Shown here one piece after another: positions 29,709 to 36,341 of a stretch of DNA of 36,341 nt. The translations under genes were made by a program, and so were the position numbers. Where the stretch lies: IMG/VR virus record IMGVR_UViG_3300010148_000043, positions 1 through 36,341 of that record, one strand, 5' to 3'. Below the pieces are notes generated by a model that saw only the letters and a program-made list of their open reading frames with translations, did no database searches and had not been told where the DNA came from. Positions within the stretch are counted from its first letter, which is position 1. Each line of letters begins with the position of its first letter. Origin of the DNA: a virus (Duplodnaviria > Caudoviricetes).

Positions 29709-31576
29709 TATTTACTCCATTTTTTAGTTATTGTATAATCTACTGTCATATCAAAGCCTTTAATGATCATTGCTCCCGCTTCTTTCATTAGCTTACATTG
29801 TAATTTAGCCCATTCTTCAGCAAAATCATCTCTTACTTCTACACCTATTTCATCATGTACTTGTGTTACTATATAACATGGTAAATTAAACTTTTTAATA
29901 TGTTCTCTAATGAGAATCATAGATTGTTTAATCATGTCTGCACCAGTACCTTGAATAGGAGTATTTTTAGAAGCACGCTCAATAGCACCCTTAGTTTTAA
30001 AGTCTTGAGGAGCATAGGCTATACCTTTATACCATCCAGGAAACCATCTAATCCTTCTAAAAGGTTTAAATGTCCTAATATGTCCATAGTCTACACCATA
30101 CTTTCCTAATTTATTTAAAAATGCTTTAATATTTGGAAAAGCGCTAAAGTATTTTTTTATAAGTAAATCAGCCTCATCTACACTAATATTTAATGTATCA
30201 GATAGTTTAAATTTACTCATACCATAAGCTAATCCAAAATTAATAGTCTTAATCATAGTTCTTAAAGCTTTCTTATCACCAGTATGCCATTTGTCACCAA
30301 ATACTAACTCTGCACAGACTGAATGTAGATCTTCATTATTCTTTCTACATTTAATCCATACTGGGTCTTGAGAACCATAAGCTATAATAGCTAACTCCTG
30401 TCCACTGTAATCAACAGATACAATACTGTATCCTTCTCTTGCAGTAAAACAATTCCGAAACTCATTCCTGGCTGGAATGTTTTGCATATTAGGCTTACGA
30501 TCCTCTTTAGACCCACTAGACACACGTCCAGTATTTAGTACTTGCCAAAAGCTGGTTCTAACCTTACCATCTTTCATTATGTACTTTAAAAAGGATTTAC
30601 CATATGTACTAGAGATTTTTTGTTTCTCTTTATATTGTAAATACTTGGTAACCAAGGGTTTATCTTTATATTTATACAATTCAAAAGCATTAACTTTATC
30701 TAAATTTATATTTAAATAAGAGTTCATAACTTTCTTTACTTGGATAGGAGAGGACCACTTAACGCTTACTTTTCTCAGTTCATCTGCTGGTGTAAACATA
30801 TTGAGCTGCACATAATCATTAATGAAATCTTTCATATTGTTAACTATGATTTCATCGTCTAATTTTAAAGCCAGTTCTTGCACCAAACCCTCATTGTTGT
30901 CTGCGTTAGCAAGCCAAGATTCTTGATCAAAACATAGTCCATTGTATTCTATGTCAGCAAATGCTAGAGATGCTTTGGTTTCAAGTAGCAGTAGAGCATA
31001 CAAATCTAACTTTTGTATCTCTTTTAACTGTATATCCATTATTTTTAATAAAAACTGGACATCTTGTGCGCCATAACATATTTGCTCAGATGTAAAAGGT
31101 CTCCCTTCTAATCTAATGAATTTATTTCGAATCTCTTTGTTAAGTGATATCTCCAAATATCTTTGAGTTAAACTATTGAGGCTATAACCCCACTTATCTT
31201 TTCCACAATGTAATATACATTCAGCCAACATGGTGTCATATATATTATTTACTTCTATGTTATAGTTTGATTTAATAAATTTATAATCAAATTTAACATT
31301 ATGAAATATTTTAGTTGCAGATCCTTCTAGATAAGCTCGTAATGGTTCAATAGATACAGTTCTTGTGTCTATAACATATTGAACATCAGCTGTTCCAATT
31401 TGAAACATAACTATTTTCTTACGAGTGAAGTCTTTACCATCAGTTTCTGTATCTACCCCAACGACTTCTTGTTTGGATATATACTCAACACACTCATCTA
31501 TTGTCCCTAACTCAAAAGGACAAAAAGATGCATTATCTAACGGGTGTTGATCCGTTATTAATATTATTTTACTCAT
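29708..31576 (-). CDS. polA: Family A DNA polymerase with 3'-5' exonuclease, no 5'-3' exonuclease
   Basis: Exo motifs VDTET, HNVKFD and YGAQD. Pol motifs TGRVSS, PNMQNIP, DYSGQE (A), RTMIKTINFGLAYG (B) and VHDE (C). Confidence 0.96.
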   Translation of the reverse strand: MSKIILITDQHPLDNASFCPFELGTIDECVEYISKQEVVGVDTETDGKDFTRKKIVMFQIGTADVQYVIDTRTVSIEPLRAYLEGSATKIFHNVKFDYKFIKSNYNIEVNNIYDTMLAECILHCGKDKWGYSLNSLTQRYLEISLNKEIRNKFIRLEGRPFTSEQICYGAQDVQFLLKIMDIQLKEIQKLDLYALLLLETKASLAFADIEYNGLCFDQESWLANADNNEGLVQELALKLDDEIIVNNMKDFINDYVQLNMFTPADELRKVSVKWSSPIQVKKVMNSYLNINLDKVNAFELYKYKDKPLVTKYLQYKEKQKISSTYGKSFLKYIMKDGKVRTSFWQVLNTGRVSSGSKEDRKPNMQNIPARNEFRNCFTAREGYSIVSVDYSGQELAIIAYGSQDPVWIKCRKNNEDLHSVCAELVFGDKWHTGDKKALRTMIKTINFGLAYGMSKFKLSDTLNISVDEADLLIKKYFSAFPNIKAFLNKLGKYGVDYGHIRTFKPFRRIRWFPGWYKGIAYAPQDFKTKGAIERASKNTPIQGTGADMIKQSMILIREHIKKFNLPCYIVTQVHDEIGVEVRDDFAEEWAKLQCKLMKEAGAMIIKGFDMTVDYTITKKWSK

Positions 31577-31622
31577 ATCATTATTATTACTTCTGCGCTA
31601 TGCGCATGCTGGTTTATATTAT

Positions 31623-31853
31623 TTAATAAATTAAATCCTCCGCTTCTTTATGATTATTTATATTATTATTAAGACCAAAGTCTTCAATATAACTAATAAC
31701 GGATTCTACATAATCTGTTTTATATTCTACTTTTTGGAATGTAATAGTATCATTGTTATTATCTATTGCTTCTTTATGCAATTTTTTCATCTCTGTTAGA
31801 TCCTCTTGATCTAATAAAGAACACCATTTCATATAACTCATGATACTATTCAT
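31623..31853 (-). CDS. Small hypothetical protein
   Basis: 76-aa ATG ORF co-oriented with the block. Confidence 0.7.
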   Translation of the reverse strand: MNSIMSYMKWCSLLDQEDLTEMKKLHKEAIDNNNDTITFQKVEYKTDYVESVISYIEDFGLNNNINNHKEAEDLIY

Positions 31854-31935
31854 CCTTTAAATTACCTGTAAACATCTGCCAAACAGTATACAGCATTACA
31901 GCGGTCATTATAACCATTATTATTTTTCCAATCAT
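31846..31935 (-). CDS. 29-aa single-TM peptide, not in the ORF track
   Basis: MIGKIIMVIMTAVMLYTVWQMFTGNLKDE*. A-rich leader and 8-nt overlap with the next gene. Confidence 0.6.
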   Translation of the reverse strand: MIGKIIMVIMTAVMLYTVWQMFTGNLKDE

Positions 31936-32001
31936 TTTAATCTTTTATAAATTATTAACTATTGCCTACAGTTTCTGATTAATTTATGATTGTCATGTAA
32001 A

Positions 32002-32114
32002 AAATGTTAAGATGCTAGGAGTCGAACCTAAAAACACAGTCATGTTTCGAGTAACTAGCACACTCTCTCAATGTATTCATCAAACATATTCCAACAATGT
32101 CATCTATAACATTT
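32002..32114 (-). ncRNA. tRNA-like element with D-like arm, canonical T arm and extended terminal stem, but no canonical anticodon arm or CCA
   Basis: Minus strand T arm TTAGG-TTCGACT-CCTAG, D-like ACAT-TGTTGGAAT-ATGT, and terminal stem AAATGTTA(T)AGATG / CATCT-TAACATTT. Confidence 0.6.
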
Positions 32115-32138
32115 ACTTGGTGCTGATGTGTATATCTA

Positions 32139-32321
32139 TTACTTTAAAGGGCCATGAATAGTTTTAATATATGTTCCTAGTCTATGACTATCCCACACTA
32201 TTCTTCCTTTTGTATGTAATTTTGTTCTCCATTTTATTTCTTTCATGCGATCTTTATAGTCTTCTCTAGACTCATCTGGTTCACGCTTTCCATTGATATT
32301 TATATTATAAAATGCACTCAT
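32139..32321 (-). CDS. Small basic hypothetical protein
   Basis: 60-aa ATG ORF with A-rich leader. Confidence 0.7.
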   Translation of the reverse strand: MSAFYNININGKREPDESREDYKDRMKEIKWRTKLHTKGRIVWDSHRLGTYIKTIHGPLK

Positions 32322-32415
32322 TTATTTAAATTTTTATTTATAAAATTATTTACTAATATACATAAATAAAAGCCTACCGCTAGCCCTGCAAGGAAACTTA
32401 TTATGGCTATTTCTG

Positions 32416-32664
32416 TCATATTGTTCCTATTATTAAGCATGTAATGGCTGCTTTTAAACTTGTTGATCGTGTTTCTATTACATTAATATCATCTTTACTT
32501 GCTGTTTCTTTAATACTATTTAATAAAGCTTCTAACTCTACTAATTTAGCGTCTAATACCTGAACAGCATACGGTACTTCAGTCTTCCTTTTACTAGGAT
32601 TCATGCTTAAATTCATAAGATATTCATATTTCTTATTAATTTCCTCATTTATATCTATTTTCAT
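32416..32664 (-). CDS. Small helical hypothetical protein
   Basis: 82-aa ATG ORF. Confidence 0.7.
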   Translation of the reverse strand: MKIDINEEINKKYEYLMNLSMNPSKRKTEVPYAVQVLDAKLVELEALLNSIKETASKDDINVIETRSTSLKAAITCLIIGTI

Positions 32665-32669
32665 AATTA

Positions 32670-32700
32670 TTTAACATTAGTTTAACATTCCTTTAACATT
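32670..32700 (+). promoter_or_regulatory. Three direct repeats of TTTAACATT at 11-bp period (response-regulator/Pho-box-like site)
   Basis: Copies start at 32670, 32681 and 32692. TATATTG, resembling the Bacteroidota -7 element, follows at 32708. Confidence 0.55.
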
Positions 32701-32720
32701 AGATATGTATATTGTACTCA

Positions 32721-32789
32721 ATGAGAATAGACATATCTAAATATATATACATTATCATAATGATAATAGTATTTGCTTTAAGCGTATAA
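32721..32789 (+). CDS. 22-aa hydrophobic peptide on the strand opposite its neighbours
   Basis: MRIDISKYIYIIIMIIVFALSV*, directly after the repeats and -7-like element. Confidence 0.4.
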   Translation: MRIDISKYIYIIIMIIVFALSV

Positions 32790-33495
32790 GCCTAGTGATA
32801 CTTTCAATAATAATGGGTTTAACACATTGTGTTAGTCATCCTTATAGGTGACATACCCGCGATAAGCTGGCCGGCCTATCTTTATTATCTAATAATATCA
32901 CTGGCTCATACATAAACACTGACAAGATCAGAGCAGTCCAGAGTCCGCACGCTAATGTACCGTAAATTACATGATAACTATCATAGCCTGGGTTATCCAA
33001 ACTAAGTTTTATTCAATATAATTTTTCTCGATCATTAGATTAGCAAACAACGTGATGTCTATCATAAATACCCATTCGGATAAATAGGATAAACACACTA
33101 TCTGGTGACGTGCTTTACAAGACCCGTGTACACTCATGTGTGTGGTGTATGAAGATTTAATTTCATACCTAATGCAGCCTCACGGCTCAACACTTGTCAT
33201 TGTTTATATTATAAGAGAGAGAGCTAGGTTGATTAGCCTTATTACCCCCAGCTTCATTTTCACTAACTCACTCTCTTTATTTTTTAATAAAACTACATGA
33301 ACAGGACATGATATCCATATTCACACAAAGTATAACAGGGTAGTTAATAATTAAGATATTAACCTGCTCATGTAGTTATTTAAATATTAGTGGGGTTTAA
33401 TGAGGATACAAAAAGAGGCTGATATACACAGTTATGAGTTTAGAAGCCAAAAACATCCTGACATAATATTACTAATACATCTGCCCCACTAATAT
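32789..33495 (-). ncRNA. Tandem array of five closed-stem structured RNA domains
   Basis: Terminal IRs bound units at 32789-32906, 32912-33207, 33211-33280, 33291-33377 and 33384-33495. No ORF of 60 aa or more. G.U pairs favour the minus strand. Confidence 0.7.
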
Positions 33496-33497
33496 GA

Positions 33498-33755
33498 TTA
33501 ATAGTCTTTATATCTGCTAGTAGAGAAGAATATCCCCACTCCTCTTCCACAATCTTTTCTTATTTCATTTATTATTAAAGCAAAACAAATACCTATTCCC
33601 ATAGATATCTGTAAAGCTATTAGATCTAACATTATAATGTTAAATAATTTGCCTTGCATTATGAAATAAGGTAATACAAAGAACATAAAGACTGCTCCTA
33701 TCATAAAAGCCATCTTTATAAAGGTTTCCATACAAAAATACAATGATTTCTTCAT
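33498..33755 (-). CDS. Small membrane protein with two predicted TM helices
   Basis: 85 aa with hydrophobic stretches MAFMIGAVFMFFVLPYFIM and IIMLDLIALQISMGIGICFALII. Confidence 0.7.
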   Translation of the reverse strand: MKKSLYFCMETFIKMAFMIGAVFMFFVLPYFIMQGKLFNIIMLDLIALQISMGIGICFALIINEIRKDCGRGVGIFFSTSRYKDY

Positions 33756-33798
33756 TTTTAAATATTTTAATAGTTAGTACTTTAGCTATAAATATAAC

Positions 33799-33840
33799 TA
33801 ACAAGTAATGAACGGTAGCTATAGCGTCCATTACTTGTCA
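33799..33840 (-). terminator. 16-bp hairpin downstream of the 229-aa gene
   Basis: Minus strand TGACAAGTAATGGACG-10 nt-CGTTCATTACTTGTTA, with two G.U pairs that form only on the minus strand. Confidence 0.6.
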
Positions 33841-33858
33841 ATCATACATCCAGCAAGA

Positions 33859-34548
33859 TTATAGTCTAGTATTTAGAATGTCATCAAATGCTTTCTCCGA
33901 TGTAGCATTTGTTCCAACAGTCATAGCAACTTCTTTCATCTCAGGTATTAATGTATGAGATACAGTTCCAATTACTTCTCCTGTTTTAGTGTTAAGTGTT
34001 TCCATATTAACCTTAACATTACTAAATATCATTGCTTTAGTGCCATTATTGTCACCATAAATGATAGGACCATCTTTACCAGCTCTTTTACACCTGTTTT
34101 CAGGGTCTTGAGCTTGATAACTATCCATCTCAAATGTTTCTAAGATTTCTAGTTTAAAGTTATGTTGGTTATCACCCATTTTTAGATGAGCATTCTTTGC
34201 ACCTACAAATAAGCCTTCACCTATTTGTAATTTGTCAATATCCTCTTGTTTTAATGTAATACCACTGTTTTTAGCAATTTCAGTTAATTGTTTAGCTGTA
34301 GACAGTACCCACGCACGTCTTGCACCACGTTTAAATCGACTATCGTCTAAATTTAATAGCTGTAATGCACTATTGCCATTATTGTTGCTTACATTCATTA
34401 TTTCACCAAAGTTACCTTGGTATTGAGGCTGTCCAGTATCTACACCATCTTTGTGTACATTTCTTACTCGCTGAACTGCCAATAGTGCACATTCTCCTAC
34501 ATTCATAGTAGTTGTGAACTGATTGATTCTATTTTTTAAGTCTTCCAT
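33859..34548 (-). CDS. Hypothetical early protein (229 aa)
   Basis: Long ATG ORF; no family recognised. Confidence 0.8.
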   Translation of the reverse strand: MEDLKNRINQFTTTMNVGECALLAVQRVRNVHKDGVDTGQPQYQGNFGEIMNVSNNNGNSALQLLNLDDSRFKRGARRAWVLSTAKQLTEIAKNSGITLKQEDIDKLQIGEGLFVGAKNAHLKMGDNQHNFKLEILETFEMDSYQAQDPENRCKRAGKDGPIIYGDNNGTKAMIFSNVKVNMETLNTKTGEVIGTVSHTLIPEMKEVAMTVGTNATSEKAFDDILNTRL

Positions 34549-34807
34549 AGTGACTGTTGCACGGTTATAACATTGTGCTCGTCGTTTTTGTAGATTACTA
34601 TACTTTCGCTATATATATATTAATACTATAGTAATCAGGGTTATGTTTAAATTGATTAAAATGTGGGTCTATACATAGACTACTGTAAGAGAATACATTT
34701 ACTTTCGTAATTATGCTTTCACTCTATTGGTTAGATTTGTTTTAATGAGACAATCAGGAATATAATTCTCTGTATTCTCTCTTTAGTAGTTATGTTTATT
34801 CCCAACT

Positions 34808-34828
34808 TTAGTAAAGGTCCTTGATCTA
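34808..34828 (-). promoter_or_regulatory. 21-bp repeated motif, copy 3 (candidate phage early promoter)
   Basis: + strand ttagtaaaggtccttgatcta. Confidence 0.6.
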
Positions 34829-34829
34829 T

Positions 34830-34887
34830 AAAAAAAAAGACTAATTAATCAAATGTTACATTCATATGAGGGTATAATTAATTAGTC
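34830..34887 (-). terminator. Intrinsic terminator-like stem with U-tract
   Basis: 11-bp IR gactaattaat/attaattagtc followed on the minus strand by a T9 run. Confidence 0.6.
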
Positions 34888-34928
34888 GTCTCTAACCAAA
34901 GAGTTTTAGATTGAGCCAGAAACAGACA

Positions 34929-35009
34929 TTAGAAGCCTGTTTCATAGCTATCTTTATCAGCATAAAGTTCTTCAATAAGATCTTCATAAGTTAATTCTTT
35001 ATCATTCAT
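34929..35009 (-). CDS. 26-aa acidic peptide, not in the ORF track
   Basis: MNDKELTYEDLIEELYADKDSYETGF*, just downstream of motif copy 2. Confidence 0.5.
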   Translation of the reverse strand: MNDKELTYEDLIEELYADKDSYETGF

Positions 35010-35036
35010 GATCAGTTAGATATTAGTTACCAAAGT

Positions 35037-35057
35037 TTAGTGAAGGTCATGGATCTA
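35037..35057 (-). promoter_or_regulatory. 21-bp repeated motif, copy 2 (candidate phage early promoter)
   Basis: + strand ttagtgaaggtcatggatcta. Confidence 0.6.
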
Positions 35058-35163
35058 ATAAAAAAAACACAATGAAACCCCTAAGGGCCTGCACTGAGTA
35101 AGAGAGTGTGCAGGAACTCCCCAAGCTATTGTCTTGCTGGACTGTTGCTTGCTACTCTAACGC

Positions 35164-35406
35164 TTACTTGAGGATCACATAGCCCTTATCAGCCATGATC
35201 TTCATGATAGCCTCATGCACCTCTTTAGTGTACATGATGAACTCAGTCTTGTTAGCAACTGTGATCTCACCTGTTGTTGTATCAACATTGGTTACTTCAC
35301 TTGATTGCTCAAGAACTAAGATCTCACCACCACCATTCTCAGCCTTACGTGTGTAAGGACCACGAACTGTAGTGAAAGCGTTAGATGGAAGATTAGTATC
35401 TTTCAT
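35164..35406 (-). CDS. Hypothetical protein, first gene of the minus-strand early block
   Basis: 80-aa ORF rich in ATC/AAC/TTC/TAC/CGT codons. Confidence 0.8.
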   Translation of the reverse strand: MKDTNLPSNAFTTVRGPYTRKAENGGGEILVLEQSSEVTNVDTTTGEITVANKTEFIMYTKEVHEAIMKIMADKGYVILK

Positions 35407-35414
35407 ATCTAATA

Positions 35415-35435
35415 TTAGTGAAGGTGATAGATCTA
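35415..35435 (-). promoter_or_regulatory. 21-bp repeated motif, copy 1 (candidate phage early promoter)
   Basis: + strand ttagtgaaggtgatagatcta, 8 nt upstream of the 80-aa gene start. Confidence 0.6.
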
Positions 35436-35440
35436 TTTTC

Positions 35441-35480
35441 GACCCACGGGGGGTTTGATTGCGCGTTGGGCCCGGGGGGA
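35441..35480. other. GC-rich G-tract island at the strand switch (candidate terminus/packaging site)
   Basis: gacccacggggggtttgattgcgcgttgggcccgggggga within strongly AT-rich surroundings. Confidence 0.4.
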
Positions 35481-35561
35481 GTTTTCAATAATGGTCTGCA
35501 TCTACGAATACTTACCATGAAAAAAATATTATAGAAAATTATTTTTTTTAATTTATTTTAT

Positions 35562-35569
35562 TATATTTG
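35562..35569 (+). promoter_or_regulatory. Bacteroidota sigma70-type -7 element
   Basis: TATATTTG matches TAnnTTTG, about 30 nt upstream of ATG 35599. Confidence 0.55.
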
Positions 35570-35598
35570 AAATCTAATAACTAATAAACTATAGCGAA

Positions 35599-35775
35599 AT
35601 GAATTTTATAAATAGTTGGAGAAAAGGAAATAAAAAGAATAAGATAGATATATCATTAAGATTTGGAACATTAACTATTCTGGAATTTTATATGTGTTTT
35701 TCATCAATGTGTGAAAAAGATTGTAAATGTCCAAAAGCAAGACTAATGTTATTTAATTTTGGAATAGAGATATAA
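35599..35775 (+). CDS. 58-aa hypothetical protein, not in the ORF track
   Basis: MNFINSWRKGNKKNKIDISLRFGTLTILEFYMCFSSMCEKDCKCPKARLMLFNFGIEI*, downstream of the -7 element. Confidence 0.7.
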   Translation: MNFINSWRKGNKKNKIDISLRFGTLTILEFYMCFSSMCEKDCKCPKARLMLFNFGIEI

Positions 35776-35786
35776 AAATATGATTA

Positions 35787-36161
35787 ATGGAAAGCTTACA
35801 TGAAAAAAGAAAAAAGAGAAGAGAGGCTTGGGAGAAATTAACTGACAAGCAAAAAAAAGATCACGATAAAGATTTTTATCAATGTACTCATACAGAATTT
35901 AAAGCTGCTTCTTTTGTAGATAGAAGTGAAGCTTTAAAAATATTTACTGATAATAAATTTAAAGCGGAGTATACTAATTTAATAAAAGATGGTACAAATA
36001 GATGGATGTGGACAGTTAGAGATAAGGATTATAATAAGATAGGATTTATATTAGGTACACCTAGTAAAGATCAAAAACAAGGTAATCATGCACATAATGA
36101 TCCATTTAAATCAGAGTTTGATTATATGGAGATTAATAAACATGAAAGTATAGCGGGTTAG
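35787..36161 (+). CDS. Hypothetical protein
   Basis: 124-aa ATG ORF; its last 10 nt overlap the tRNA. Confidence 0.75.
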   Translation: MESLHEKRKKRREAWEKLTDKQKKDHDKDFYQCTHTEFKAASFVDRSEALKIFTDNKFKAEYTNLIKDGTNRWMWTVRDKDYNKIGFILGTPSKDQKQGNHAHNDPFKSEFDYMEINKHESIAG

Positions 36162-36223
36162 AGTAGTGGTTACTCACGGGTTTCATTAGCCCGTCTAGGT
36201 TGGTTCGATTCCAGCACCCGCAA
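36152..36223 (+). tRNA. tRNA with CAT anticodon, initiator (fMet)-like
   Basis: Cloverleaf: AGCGGGT/ACCCGCA, D stem GAGT/ACTC, anticodon arm CGGGT-TTCATTA-GCCCG, T arm GTTGG-TTCGATT-CCAGC. Has the 1:72 mismatch and A11:U24; CCA is not encoded (CTA). Confidence 0.88.
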
Positions 36224-36253
36224 CTAGAGTTAATAATAAATAAAAAAATAATA

Positions 36254-36341
36254 ATGGCAAGAACAGAATTTAGTATATTAAATGAGTCTGTACGTTTAAA
36301 CGATAAGAAAGAGTTTGGTCAGGGTGTAGTAACATACATTA
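36254..36341 (+). CDS. Start of a hypothetical protein, 3'-truncated
   Basis: A-rich leader, then MARTEFSILNESVRLNDKKEFGQGVVTYI open to the window end. Confidence 0.65.
   Translation, partial: MARTEFSILNESVRLNDKKEFGQGVVTYI

Noticed and set aside
17956-30719. Short alternative ORFs in the replication block (17956, 18564, 20585, 21211, 25583, 28542, 28609, 29900, 30477)
   Set aside because: Fully contained in well-identified genes, mostly antisense.
29708-31576. Intein or intron in polA, helicases or RNAP core
   Set aside because: Motifs are contiguous with normal spacing; no splice-junction or homing-endonuclease signatures noticed.
32789-33495. CRISPR or mini-CRISPR interpretation of the stem array
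   Set aside because: No shared direct repeat or regular spacing, and no cas genes.
33640-33831. 63-aa minus-strand ORF
   Set aside because: Its ATG lies inside a 16-bp hairpin and it overlaps the better 85-aa ORF by 116 nt.
33955-34426. Two + strand ORFs opposite the 229-aa gene
   Set aside because: Antisense shadows.
24590-34729. Shared 10-mer tcactctatt in two stem-enclosed loops (about 24590 and 34719)
   Set aside because: Too short to exclude chance in AT-rich DNA.
36224-36253. tRNA-associated theta/HDV-like ribozyme after the tRNA
   Set aside because: The downstream sequence is a short A-rich leader with no pairing potential.
1-36341. Stop-codon reassignment as in some crAss-like phages
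   Set aside because: Long genes are intact in code 11; TAG and TGA end genes at sensible junctions; no suppressor tRNA seen.

Overview
AT-rich segment of a crAss-like (Crassvirales-type) phage, probably infecting Bacteroidota, read in the standard genetic code. The + strand at 1-17925 carries late/virion-cargo genes: the end of a protein with an M15 Zn-peptidase domain and a single 5636-aa ORF. That ORF fuses a two-barrel virion RNA polymerase (DFDIDK) with two degenerate zincin-like domains, a PD-(D/E)xK nuclease and hydrophobic terminal regions. The - strand at 17931-31576 is a replication/recombination block: RecE-like nuclease, RusA-like resolvase, rIIA/rIIB, primase, SSB, Sak4-like ATPase, DnaB-like helicase, SF2 helicase and family A DNA polymerase. 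The - strand at about 31600-35440 is an early-type region with small ORFs, three copies of a 21-bp promoter-like motif and many structured RNA-like elements. These include five back-to-back closed-stem domains and a tRNA mimic. A G-rich tract at about 35445-35480 marks the switch back to the + strand, which carries small ORFs and an atypical initiator-type tRNA(CAT). All calls come from reading motifs and pairings by eye; no searches or folding programs were run.
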